DNA of 64,000 bases from Thermoplasmatota archaeon (GTDB lineage Archaea; Thermoplasmatota; Penumbrarchaeia; Penumbrarchaeales; Penumbrarchaeaceae), in NCBI GenBank assembly GCA_965234725.1, contig CBDDUX010000008.1:37734-101733 (forward strand), written 5' to 3'. The stretch's first letter is position 1. Every line of letters begins with the position of its first letter. This document shows, one piece after another, positions 19,867-31,100 of the stretch. Position numbers and translations under genes: made by a program. The notes beneath the pieces are model-generated. The model made no database searches and was not told where the DNA came from. It saw only the letters and a program-made list of their open reading frames with translations.

Positions 19867-21027
19867 CTGGATAGGATTTACCTCGATGCCGCCACCTCAA
19901 TGCCAATAAGAGCGGAGGTGCTAGAGGAGATGCTTCCCTTGTTCAGGGAACATTTCGGGAACCCCTCCTCCATCCATGAGATGGGAAGAGTGCCCCGTGA
20001 AGCTATGGATAAAGCAAGGGGAGAGGTCGCTTCCCTCATCTCCTCATCACCTGAGGAGATCGTGTTCACCTCCGGATCAACAGAATCCATCAATTTGGCT
20101 TTAAGAGGTCCACTCATACATATGAAAGGTCGGAAGAAGATCATTCTCACCGAGGTGGATCACCGGTCTGTAAGGGCGACTACAGATGCGCTTTCCAAGA
20201 GTGGTTATGATGTAGGGATCATAGGGCTCGATGGGCTTGGAACGATAGAATTGGAAACTGCCTCCGATCTCATAGATGAGAATACAGCAATTGTTACTCT
20301 TCCCTTCGCTTCCAATGAAGTGGGTACCATCCAGCCGGTCAGGGAGATCGCAGGAATGGCCCATGATGCAGGAGCACTGGTACATGTTGATCTAACGATG
20401 TCGGCTCTCCAGGTCCCCTTTGATATCGATGATTACAAGGTAGATCTGGCTACGATCTCCTCGCCTGATCTGATGGGACCAAAGGGGACAGGCGCCCTAT
20501 TCAAAAGAAAAGGAGTGAGACTCACTCCAATAATCAGGGGAGGGGGTCAGGAAATGGGATTGAGGAGTGGTAGTGAGAACATACCTGGAATTGCCGGAAT
20601 GGGAGCCGCTGCCAGGATCGCAGAACAGACCATGGAAGAAACATCATCACGCCTTATACAGCTCAGGGACCGGTTGATCGATGGACTGACATCGATCGCT
20701 GATTCTCATCTAAATGGTGACCCCAAGAATAGGCTCCCCAACAATGCGAACATCAGGTTCGACTATGTGGAAGGTGAGTCCATGCTACTACTGCTTGATA
20801 TGAATGGGATATCCATTTCGACCGGGTCAGCATGTGCCCAGAAGACCTTGGAAGCCTCCAAGACCCTACTCGCCATGGGTCTTAAACATGAAGAGGCCCA
20901 TGGGAGCCTGATATTCACTTTAGGTCCTTATAATAAGGAAAAAGATGTGGACCATGTAAAATTGGTAATGCCAGATATTGTAAAGGAGCTCAGGTCAATG
21001 TCCCCGATATATCCCGGGAGAGGATGA
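19867..21027 (+). CDS. iscS: IscS/NifS-family cysteine desulfurase homolog (PLP Lys replaced by Asp), probable CTG start
   Basis: IYLDAATS upstream of the track start, FGNPSS, FTSGSTES, GGGQE, RSGSEN, STGSAC; directly followed by iscU. Confidence 0.9.
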   Translation: MDRIYLDAATSMPIRAEVLEEMLPLFREHFGNPSSIHEMGRVPREAMDKARGEVASLISSSPEEIVFTSGSTESINLALRGPLIHMKGRKKIILTEVDHRSVRATTDALSKSGYDVGIIGLDGLGTIELETASDLIDENTAIVTLPFASNEVGTIQPVREIAGMAHDAGALVHVDLTMSALQVPFDIDDYKVDLATISSPDLMGPKGTGALFKRKGVRLTPIIRGGGQEMGLRSGSENIPGIAGMGAAARIAEQTMEETSSRLIQLRDRLIDGLTSIADSHLNGDPKNRLPNNANIRFDYVEGESMLLLLDMNGISISTGSACAQKTLEASKTLLAMGLKHEEAHGSLIFTLGPYNKEKDVDHVKLVMPDIVKELRSMSPIYPGRG

Positions 21028-21488
21028 ATATGGGAAGGTTGGAGTATTCAAAGAAGGTTCTGGAACATTTCAAGAACCCCAGGAACGTTGGTGAGATGGA
21101 AGATGCGGATGCAGTTGCCACTGTTGGCAATCCCGTTTGCGGTGATATGATGGAGCTATCCATCAAGGTAGATGAAGAAAAAATAACAGATATCAAGTTC
21201 AGGACCTTTGGTTGTGCATCTGCGATCGCCACAACATCAATGTTGACCGAGATGGTCAAGGGAAAAACCTTGAAGGAAGCTGAGGAGCTCACATGGGATG
21301 ATGTGGTTGAAGGTCTCGAGGGACTCCCTTCAGTAAAAGTTCACTGTTCATTACTTGCCGTGGACGGTCTTAAAAAAGCCCTTTATGAATATTATAAAGC
21401 CCATGGAATAGAAAGGCCCGACCTCAAACCTCATGAGGATGATCATGAAGAAGAGGTTGAGGAGAAAGAATGCGGCCCTGTTGTCTGA
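21024..21488 (+). CDS. iscU: Fe-S cluster scaffold IscU/NifU-N
   Basis: YSKKVLEHFKNPRN, GNPVCGD, FGCASA, LPSVKVHCS; ATGA overlap with iscS. Confidence 0.95.
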   Translation: MNMGRLEYSKKVLEHFKNPRNVGEMEDADAVATVGNPVCGDMMELSIKVDEEKITDIKFRTFGCASAIATTSMLTEMVKGKTLKEAEELTWDDVVEGLEGLPSVKVHCSLLAVDGLKKALYEYYKAHGIERPDLKPHEDDHEEEVEEKECGPVV

Positions 21489-21526
21489 TGGGATCATGAA
21501 AAGTTATATCTCCTTAAAATATACGG

Positions 21527-24500
21527 TTGTTCGAAATGCCAGGATCGGTCGGTTTTTCTGCCAGGATGTATCTGACATTCATTATCTCCTTGACAATGCT
21601 ATTTTCAATTTTACCCTCCTTTTCAATGATCTCCGCTGAGGATGATGTTGACGTCACACTTGGATTCGAGGATATTTTAGGAGTGGACATGGAGATCTTG
21701 GTTCATCGAAACCCTGATCATGAGCTGGATGATAATTACCTCAATATCGGGGCCCTGAGAGTGAATATGGAGGGGCCTTTAAGCTCAAGCGGCCTACCGG
21801 AACAGGGTTTTCGAAAGGGTCAGTATATCCTCAGATATAGTGAACCTCTTGAGGATATTCAAGATATCATTCCCAGAAATGCTGAGATCATAGAATTTAT
21901 CTCATCGAACACACTGCTTATTGATCTTGGAGACAGGAATGAGGTCCAGGACCATTCCCATGGTGGTTTGATCATATTTCCATTCCACTCATCAATGGTA
22001 ATTGAAGGTGAACTCCTATTGGACCTTCTGGACATTGAGAATGATCCAAAGACCTTCCAGGTCGTGGTTGGATCCTATCAACCTTGGACAAAGGAAAGAA
22101 TAGATACCCTTTCAATGAACTGGGAAAAGGACCCTATTCCATTGGATCCATGGAATCTCTTGGTCAGTTCCGGCAGGGATGGTATTGCAAGAACATCTCT
22201 TTCCCCTCTTGTTTCCCATATCTCTTCAATGACGATAGAAGGGTTGGACAATGATGTTGCAGCCGATATAATCGATGTTCTGGAAGGATGGTCCATCGCT
22301 GGTCTGGACGGATCGGACCAGATAATAGGAGTGGCCGATACAGGACTGGATACCGGCAAGAATTCCACAATGCATCCAGATCTGAAAGGAAGGATAGGAT
22401 CCGTTTACACGTACGGTAGACCTGGGAATTGGTCAGATCCTGACATTCATGTTTGGGATAGTTCCACATGATCATGGAGTTACAAGGGAGGTCACGGCAC
22501 ACATGTTATCGGTTCGGTCCTGGGGAACGGTTCGGCATCCAACGGAAGCTATTCCGGAATGGCACCGAACGCAACCCTTGTGATGCAATCCACAATGGCA
22601 TCATCCGGATCACTTTCCATACCTGCATACACCACGTTGTTCGGTGATGCTTACAATAGCGGTGCAAGGATACATACGAATTCATGGTCATCCAGGTCAA
22701 GTTATGCAAATTATTCATGGAGGTCCTGGCAGATCGACAATTTCATCTGGAATCACAAGGATCTTCTGGTGCTTTTCTCCGCCGGGAATAACGGAGCAAA
22801 TGGGATGTATTCCCTTTCCACACAGGCATCATCCAAGAACGTTGTGGCAGTGGGTGCATCAGAAAACTACAGGCCCTCGATATCTTCATCGGCCAATGAT
22901 ATCTCGCAGATGGCTGGCTTCTCATCCCAGGGTTTTACATGGGGTGATGAGAGGATAAAACCGGATGTTGTAGCACCAGGTACGTATATCCTCTCAACCA
23001 GGGCATCCACTATCTCCGATTTCTGGAACCATTATTGGGGTTCAAACTCCACTTACACTGGAATCAACAATAATTACGCTTTCATGGGGGGAACATCCAT
23101 GTCCACACCCTTGGTAGCGGGAATGTCTGCCCTTATAAGGCAGTATTTCCAGGAGATCGGTAACCTGGAGACCCCATCGGCCGCACTCCTCAAGGCGGCC
23201 ATCATCAATGGGGCCAGACCTCTGGATGGGGATTGGTCCTCCATCCCGAATAGATGGGAGGGTTGGGGGAGGGTCAATCTTTCCAACTCTCTGGCCATAG
23301 AAGGAAGTAATGCAGGGGATCTGTTCTTTGAGGATAATTCCACCGGACTCACTACTGGTGGTTCACATTCAAGTAATTATTACCTGTCCGGAAATGGTTC
23401 CGACATGATCATTACCCTTACTTGGACGGACCCTCCTGGTTCCAATACGAGCACAGATAAGCTAATCAACGATCTGGACCTGGTCGTGACGGCACCTAAT
23501 GGAACCGTATATTACGGAAATGATCTGGTCCATCCCTTCAATACTTCATATGATCGGAAGAATACAGTCGAGAGGGTCAGGATACCCTCAGCCGGTCCTG
23601 GCCCTTACAATGTCACCATCAAAGGTTACTCGGTTCTTCAGGGTCCACAGCCCTATGCCTTCGTTGCAACCGGAGACCTATTGAGTGATACAGGTACACT
23701 TGGTTTCGAATCAGATATCGTACCTGCCGATGGATCGGGTACCAGGATATGGCTCACAGATACCAATCTGACAGGAGAGGAGAGGGTAACGGTCATGGTG
23801 AATTCCACGACGGACCCCACATCAGAGGAAATTGAGCTGGTTGAATTGGTTGAGAAGGGTGGTGGAGGAACAGGGGTTTTTACAGGTTTGGTCAATATTA
23901 CCTTGGGGGCACCGGGAATTGGTGAAGTGCAGGTGTCCGGGGATGAGGCAGTTACCGTAAGATATCAGGAGGACTACCCTTCAAGGACACTTGAAGCCTC
24001 AACTATGGCTCTTTTAGTTCCCTTAATTAACAATGTAACTTTTGATCCGACAGGATCGACCATGACCTACATGGACCCTCTGATCGTAACCATCAATGCG
24101 ACTGTTTTCAGGGATGTTACTTTTTCAGTGAGGGGTTTACCCTCCATTACGAATATCAAAGCCAGAGATGATGGTATTCTTCCGGATAAGGTTCCTTGGG
24201 ATGGCCTATACAACGGTATGATATCCATCCCTGACAACATCAAAGGTAATTTCACCATCAGAGGACGAGTGACGAGGGAAGGGATCGGATCTGTAGAGTT
24301 TGATTCATCAAATATGGTCAGAATAGATACGAATATTCCAAGGAGACCGAATAATATCACTGTTGAGGCGGTTCCTTCTGGCAATTCCCTTCAAATTGGA
24401 TGGGATTCACCTGATGGTCCAGAAATCATTTCACACACCCTCTATCGTGCAAATGAAACAAGCCCGGGGAGCGGTGTCCCTGGTTTTTTCGAAAAGATCG

Positions 24501-26917
24501 GGACGACTCCGGACAATCGTACCGATTTCAGGGACATTGGTCTGATCGATGGGAACACCTATTTCTATAGGGTTTCTGCATTGAATGGATTGGGTCTGGT
24601 CTCTACCTTATCCGAATATACACCTGGAGCACCTCATGATCTCCAGGCACCGTGGGTCATCTGGAATGGTCCTAATAATGGAACGGTACTGAAAGGGATC
24701 GCAGACCTTGACATATCCATAGAGGATGATGCTGAACAGATCATCTTGCAGGGTTCCCTAGATTCAGACGGTAATGGTGTACCTGGAAGTATCTGGAGTG
24801 ATCTGGGAGTTCTTTCAAATAAGGGTCCGGTCTTCAAATGGGACACTACAGGACTCCCGTCCCAGATATGGGAGGAAAATGATCTTTTCCTAAGGATCAG
24901 GGTCGTTGATGAGGCAGGCAACATAAATGTAACCCCCCCCCAGGTCCATGTCATAGTGGATAACACTCCACCAGGTTCATTGGATGTGTTCTCCGATATC
25001 GAGATCATTCTCAATGATCCATTTTATCACCTTAACGGAAAGACCGAACCCGGATCCACACTGAGGGTCATAAAGGACGGAAAGATCCACCTTTCATCTG
25101 TGGTTAATGGGGAAGGAATATTCGAAGAGGACACTCCTCTAGACCCGGGTGTGAATATCTTCACTCTGGAGGTCTATGATGAGATGGGAAACGGTCCTCT
25201 GGAATACTCAGATCCCTTCTATATTGTCAGAGATGAGATACCACCGGTCCCTGATATCAAATGGACCGACAATCTAACGTCCAAGAGAACAAAACTTACT
25301 GCAGAGGATTCTCTCGACCCCGGTCCTATCAGTGATCTGACGGGGATCTCACAATATCATTGGTCTATAGAGTTCGATGACCTTCTACAGGAATTCGATG
25401 GAATGGATATATCCTTCGAACCGGCAGTACCAGGGATCTACCATGTGGTCCTTCAGATATTCGACAATGCTGGAAATCCGACAGTAAAGGGGATCGATCT
25501 ACGGATATCTGATGGTATCACACCTCGCCTTGAACCGATCGAGGATATTATCATAGATGAGGATAAAGACCTGAGGGTCAACCCGATAATATCGGACGAT
25601 GACCCTGATATATTGACCAATGGTGTGTTCATCTGGTCGATCTCTGGACCTGAAATACACACCAAGATGGGATCGGTCCTTGATATCATTCTCGGGACCC
25701 CGGGTGACTATTTCGTGAAATTAGAGGTCATTGACAGTGGAGAAAACGTTCAATCCGTGTCATTCAGCGTTCATGTCAACGATACGACTCCACCCACTGT
25801 TAGAGCCGGTGGAGATAGGATAGTTGTAAGGGGAGAGATCGTTGTTCTATCCGGGAATGACACAATTGATAATGATCTCTTATTCCCCGGGGGATCGAGT
25901 TTCGTATGGGAGGTAGAAGAACTCGGGATACGGTTCGAAGGGAGCTACGGAACGATCAAAGTGGATGAATTAGGGGAATATACGGTAAGGCTTTCTGTTG
26001 GGGATATGGGTGGAAACATAGGATTTGATGAGTTCAGCCTGAGGGTCACCACTGACGGTGTTGGGCCTGTGGTCATCAGATCCGGTCCTCCTGATGGTTC
26101 CAGGGGCATTTCTCCTGATCAGGAAATATTGATAGAGTTCTCGGAACCAATGAGAACTGATCTAGCAATGACAGCTGTAGTTCTCAAGGAGAAAGACACT
26201 TCCTCATCTCTTCGTCGTTTCATTTCCTGGTCCTCTGATGCAACCATCCTTTATGTGGACCCTCAGGAACCACTTGTGCATGGAAAAGTGTATCTGGTGG
26301 AGATCGGAGATGGTCTGACAGACCTATCTGGGGAGGGACTTGATCCTATACAGATCGAATTCGAAACACGTAATTTTCTTGTACTCAAAGGTCCCGTGGG
26401 TCCCGGGGGTTTACCTTACCCCGAGGGGATCTTAACTCTGGATAGGGGAGATGTCCTGCTATTGGAGTTCTCAGTACCTCTGAAGGAAGGTTCGGTTATT
26501 GCTGTGACCTGCGAAGGTGAAGATAGGTTCATCGAACTGAAGATCCTTTACGATAGACCTGGTACCTATTCTCTCGAGATACCTGAGGACCTTCATCCAG
26601 GAGATCATGAACTGAAAATGGATGGTTTGGTCTCGATCGATAATGAACCTATTTCTGGGGAGACAACGGTGCCCTTCAAGGTCCTCGGTAATGGATCCGG
26701 AAGCGGGGGAAATGCCCTCTTATTATTGATGATAGTCTTCATCATTCTTCTTATCTTATCAGCCGGGGTTTTTATTTCATTCAATCTTTATAAAAGGAAT
26801 CGAATGTCTAATATTGCGACCGAAAGCAATACCATAGAAGTTATGGGCCAATCCCGTCCCGAACTGCCGGATAACAGCTTTACCGGTTTTCAGTCAAGTA
26901 TGGGAAATCAAAAATAG
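21527..26917 (+). pseudogene. Giant membrane-anchored S8 (KP-43-like) serine protease interrupted by one in-frame TGA at 22469-22471
   Basis: ORFs 21527-22471 and 22559-26917 share a frame; catalytic ADTG before the stop, GHGTHV just after it, then SAGN, GTSMSTP, FN3/PKD/Ig-like domains and a C-terminal TM helix. Confidence 0.8.
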
Positions 26918-26956
26918 TAAGAAGTTGTGTTAGTAGCAAAGGACCAGTGGTTGCGG

Positions 26957-27313
26957 ATGTCAGCAGGTTCCCATGGCAGAAGAGGCAGGAAGCCATTAGA
27001 TCCATGGATGATCATATCGGCCATTCTATCCGGTGTTTTCATGACCATAGGTGTTTTCCTCGTGCTTATGTCATTGACGGAGATACTGGTCTACATTATT
27101 GATTCCATCAAGAACGGAAGTGAGAGCTATCAGGGTTGGTGGTCAACCCCTCTACTTATGCTGCTGGTCTCACTGCCTTTCTTCCTGGGTTATCTTATCG
27201 TCAACCTGAACAGGTTCAGATTCTATCATTTGGTCAAGAGTAAGATATCCATAAGTATGCCCAAAAGAGAGGAAAGGGGCGGAAAGAGAATGGATAAGAT
27301 TGAACTGGACTGA
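26957..27313 (+). CDS. Small two-TM membrane protein, unknown function
   Basis: Two hydrophobic helices and a charged C-terminus; ATG 26957 preferred to the track start at 26927. Confidence 0.6.
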   Translation: MSAGSHGRRGRKPLDPWMIISAILSGVFMTIGVFLVLMSLTEILVYIIDSIKNGSESYQGWWSTPLLMLLVSLPFFLGYLIVNLNRFRFYHLVKSKISISMPKREERGGKRMDKIELD

Positions 27314-27323
27314 TCTTCCCGGA

Positions 27324-28067
27324 TCATGTGGATTCTATTCTGGGTGCAAGTAGATACCTTGCATGCCCGGATTCTCCGGCGAATTCGAAATCCATTTTCA
27401 ATGGATAGGAATTACCCAGATTGAGGGAGATATCCCTGTTTGGACCAACACCTTTCATCAGCTGTGTGAAATAGTCCAGTGAGAAGGAGCTCTTTGCAGG
27501 TTTTTCGAAATTGATCTCCTCGTATTCGACTCCCTTCTTCAGCTCCAGTGTCATGGAGGATAGATCTTCGGATGAGGTCATGACCAGTTTATCCTCGGAG
27601 CAGTCAAAGGTGATGTAATCCGAAATTGACGCGGACACCTTGAGACCTTTCTGAAGCTCACCTGAATTAAGTTTCAAACCTACGGGTAGTTGAAGGTTTG
27701 GGATCTTAGGATCGGAGAATCCAGAAGCATCCACAAGCGGCATCTTGAGAGTAAGGTTGGCCATGGATACAACGAGCCTGTTGTCCCCATCGAGCTTGAT
27801 ACTTACCATATCATCGCTCTTGGCACTTTTTAGATGCTCAAGCATCCTTTCCACATTCAGACCCAGTTCCATGGGTTCTAACTCATACCTTTCGAAAGCA
27901 TCCTTTGTTAGGGTGAGGTCCACCATTGCAACATGGGCTGGGTCCACTGCCCTTATCTTCCACCCCTCCTCATCTGCTGTAAGCTTGATCTCGCCCACAA
28001 TAGGAGTAAGGATCGAAAAAACGCTTTTGAGGGTATCCACCTTGATATCAATCTCGAACATAACCAT
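27324..28067 (-). CDS. pcn: DNA sliding clamp PCNA
   Basis: AVDPAHVAMVDL, C-terminal YLLAPRIE, 247 aa. Confidence 0.96.
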   Translation of the reverse strand: MVMFEIDIKVDTLKSVFSILTPIVGEIKLTADEEGWKIRAVDPAHVAMVDLTLTKDAFERYELEPMELGLNVERMLEHLKSAKSDDMVSIKLDGDNRLVVSMANLTLKMPLVDASGFSDPKIPNLQLPVGLKLNSGELQKGLKVSASISDYITFDCSEDKLVMTSSEDLSSMTLELKKGVEYEEINFEKPAKSSFSLDYFTQLMKGVGPNRDISLNLGNSYPLKMDFEFAGESGHARYLLAPRIEST

Positions 28068-28156
28068 CCCCCGTACCAGTAAATTTGGATCATCCGGTTA
28101 TCCGGGAAGGCGATTAAATACTTTATGTCCAGCAGGCCAAATATACACAAGTCACT

Positions 28157-31100
28157 TCATTCCTCATAACTTTGTCCCATCTTCTTGAACCGAATCCTGG
28201 TTTCCACAACCAGCATCCTGGCAATAGAGATGGAGAGGGTAAAAAGGACTATCAGTATAATTGGTGCCATAGTGGATGTGATCATTCCAGGGGAACTTTC
28301 ACTGGTATCTATCTCGTTGAATTCAACTGTTAACTCAAAGAGTTCCAGGGTCCTGTCCTTGGATTGTGCAAAAACGACTAGGACCTCTCCCTCTGATACA
28401 TTGTATAATGGGAATTCCTCGAGTAGGATCTCATCAAATCCCGGTCCTATCTCTTTTAACAAGATGATATCACCTTGAGTATCTTTCTTTCTCAAAGTGA
28501 GTTCGAGGTTGTCAACCCCTTCCCAATTTACATCAAGCCCTATCCTCACAATAGGATCGGACCCATCATTATGAGTGAATCGGACCTGTCTGATCTCTAT
28601 TGAAAGTTCATCTTGAAGGGTTCCTCCCCAGTCATGTTCTATCACCGAAGTGAAATATTGTCCGATCTCTTGAGATCCTATAAGAAGTCCCATCTCCCTG
28701 TTCTCCAATCCGGAAGTCGGCCCCCAGTTGAAGGATGATATCCAGGTTGTCTTTTTGTCAATCACCATCCCCTTCGCATGAACGAGGGAGATCTCCGAGT
28801 CACGTTCTGTCCTGACAATTGGATGAAGTCTGACCTGGAATGAACCTGACAATCCATTCTCAAGGATCGCTTGCTCTATTCTTTCAGCGGTCCACCGGTT
28901 CTCAGGTATGCCGTCACCATCAAAATCCGATCCGTCCAGAAGGAGTCTGACCTTCACTCCCCTTCTCGCCGCATCGAAAAGAGCTGCGAGGTACGGGTTG
29001 TTAAAACCGGGTATAGGTTCTTCGACCCCCCACACCTTCAAAAGGTCCACTGGAGAACTTATCCCCTGAAGGTCGAAATCCGTATCGATGTCCATCAATT
29101 CAAGGTCAATTGAGCTTTCTGATTCTATAATCGACCTAATGAGCGGATTTCCAGGTGTGGATATATGATCTGGACAGGCTAATAGACTTACAGAAACCGC
29201 CTCTTTCGTGATCATAGATGGAAATTTTGGGTCTTCAACTTCTAATATTTCAGATTTGGAACCTATGGTAGAGATATCCTCCAGATTATCGTGATCGACC
29301 AGGTTCTCGAACATATCCATTCCTTCCCAATCATCTATGAATATTTTCTCCATTTTCTCAGCAAGCTCAACGGATGAAACTGAAACTATCCAACCTCTTG
29401 TACCAATCACTCCAATTCCGTTTCTGGGAAAGGAAGTGTCCTTTAGATTATCTGTTGAGACCAGAGTGGTCTTCCCATCAATTACAATGTACTTGGCGTG
29501 GTCGTATCTGTATCTGTCCCGGACGTCTGAACCAATATCGTTCAGCATCCATCTCACATCCACCCCATTTGAGGTCAATCTATCCGCCAGGACCTCAGAT
29601 GTATATGACGTTCCTCCCACAGGCCCTCCCTCAAGGAGGACCTTCACATCCAATCCTCTTTCCCTGGCCCCTATAAGTGAAGAGACCACCCAATCGGATG
29701 TCATCTCATATACATTCAGAAGTATCCTTGAGCTAGAGTCCTTTATTGCATCCCTCAATATCCTCCATCCTGAATCCGGACAGATCCCAGCTTCCGCGGA
29801 TCCAGTAACTGGACTATACATCTCTGGAATATCGGATTGACCAGGATAAAGAGGCCTCATTGAAAGGAGATCATTGGCCGTATCTGTATCTTCGGGTGAA
29901 TTCTCATCCCAATTTCTCCATCTGTAGAGAATCTTCCCCCATCCTGGTTGGGGTACAGAAGGACCTGACCAGTAACCACCCATGTAACAGGGCCAGACTC
30001 CATCCCAGGTCGATCCTCCATATGGGACCACATCCACTATCTTTCCGCAAGGGTCTCTCAGGGCTATCGTATCATTGGAGTTGGCCAGTCGGAGATCTCC
30101 GTATGCAATTTGTACTGTGGTTTCCGGAGTACCGTTATACAATGTAAGGTCAGGCTCGAACCCGAACTGGAACCTGAACCTGCCTCTGTCCCGTGATATC
30201 CATGATCTTTCACCAGGACCGATAATGGTTCCTTCGGGAATAATTATCATTCCGTCACTTTCCCTTCCATCACCCTCATCATCTGTAAGGATGAAACCGG
30301 ATATGTCCATGGGGGATCCTTTGCAATTTAAAAGACAGATAGCCTCGTCAGGATCATCCTTGAGATAGGTATCAGGATATATTCTTTCTATCAGGATCCC
30401 TGGGGTTGGATCGAGATCCTTTTCATCCAGGGGAAGGAGTGATAAGGGCAGTTGCGTACCGATCAGATCCGTAAAGGGTTCGGAACAGTCACTTCCCGCT
30501 TCTGATAGATCGGTTCCTATAAACCAGCAGGATACGGGAGATGAAAGTCCTGTTGCAAGAGTGAAGGCATATCCATCATCCCAGGACCAGATGTTCGATC
30601 CATCATTACAGGTGTGATTGGTCTTCAGCATTGAAACCTTGAGATCAAGGTCCATCTCATCTGATCTCTCGATCAGAACCTTCAATTTTCCAAGGACCCC
30701 TTCATCCAACTCTTCCAGCAGATGTGACGGAGGTTCCTGGGAAAGACGGGACCTTTCCTTTTCCATACTGAGAAGGCCTTCTATATTTTGTACATTACAA
30801 ATTGAAGGGGAAATGAAAAGTTCAACTGATGACCCCTTCATAAGTAGTTCAAGTATAGTTGAGGTATCTAGAGGACCTGATACATGTTTTATCGTTACCC
30901 TCTCACTTTTACCTATATGCAATGAAGGGTCCAACGACCAGGAAACCGATGTACTTCCGGATCTCACCCAACAGTGACCAATTGGTCCATTCAATGCTAC
31001 GGTCGGTCTTATCGGTTCGGCATCCCCAAGAACCAGGGAGGCATCGAACCAGTCTTCAATTTCCAGGAGATCAGTAAAAAATGATCCGACCCTTGATCCG

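Noticed and set aside
22469-22471. Selenocysteine or genome-wide TGA reassignment
   Set aside because: The position is a non-catalytic loop, no SECIS-like element was recognised, and TGA ends many intact genes here (dtdA, rpa, iscS, iscU, metG)
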